Positions 63,826-64,000 of a stretch of DNA of 64,000 nucleotides are shown here, one piece after another. The position numbers and the translations under genes are program-made. Every line of letters begins with the position of its first letter. Positions within the stretch are counted from its first letter, which is position 1. The notes beneath the pieces are model-generated. The model was not told where the DNA came from. It was given only the letters and a program-made list of their open reading frames with translations, and ran no database searches. The stretch comes from Eledone cirrhosa (lineage: Eukaryota): positions 275,032,001 to 275,096,000 of the forward strand of contig OZ024741.1 of NCBI GenBank assembly GCA_964016885.1, in the 5' to 3' direction.

Positions 63826-64000
63826 TCCATTTTTTTGTCATTATGAAATTCTAAACATTTTTTTAAATTTTTGACAATTTAAAGGAGAGAAGTCATTATT
63901 ATTGGATTAAGAAAGCATTTAAAGGAGATTTATTATTCACAGTTATATAAATAATATTACGAATCACAAAGTTGGCTTAAAAACTGGGGAGCTGGAATGG

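Overview
AT-rich eukaryotic DNA dominated by (TA)n/(CA)n microsatellites. The tRNA-derived SINE family (core GCCTTTCATCCTTACGGGGTCGATAAAATAAAGTACCAG) resembles octopod cephalopod SINEs; this taxon call is from recall, not a search. Nearly all listed ORFs are microsatellite artefacts. Positions ~80-19366 and 19567-38040 are near-identical copies on either side of a 200-N gap, probably two uncollapsed haplotypes. The window appears to be mostly intron of a minus-strand gene: I can chain small phase-compatible exons (59078-58971, 49172-49137, 33860-33794, 30961-30920), possibly ending in a CaaX motif (CVLM*). Conventional repeats include a decayed Penelope-like element (RT thumb + GIY-YIG), CR1/L2 and RTE LINE remnants, a mariner remnant, hAT/Tc1/pogo MITEs, many SINEs and a 69/70-bp SINE-tail-derived minisatellite. 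The most striking signal is a dense set of short (100-1000 bp) non-coding inserts within (TA)n tracts. They belong to several unrelated families and carry about 25 complete or half type I hammerhead-ribozyme motifs in about 45 kb of non-duplicated sequence. They share recurrent features: inverted arms often centred on hammerhead helix II, a U-U pair at the base of helix II, a TTGAG(T/C)(A/G)C box 35-70 nt from the 3' end, and in two cases monomer-plus-partial tandem repeats. I read these as Penelope-mobilised, retrozyme-like mini-elements that target TA microsatellites. All structures were folded by eye; nothing was computed or searched.
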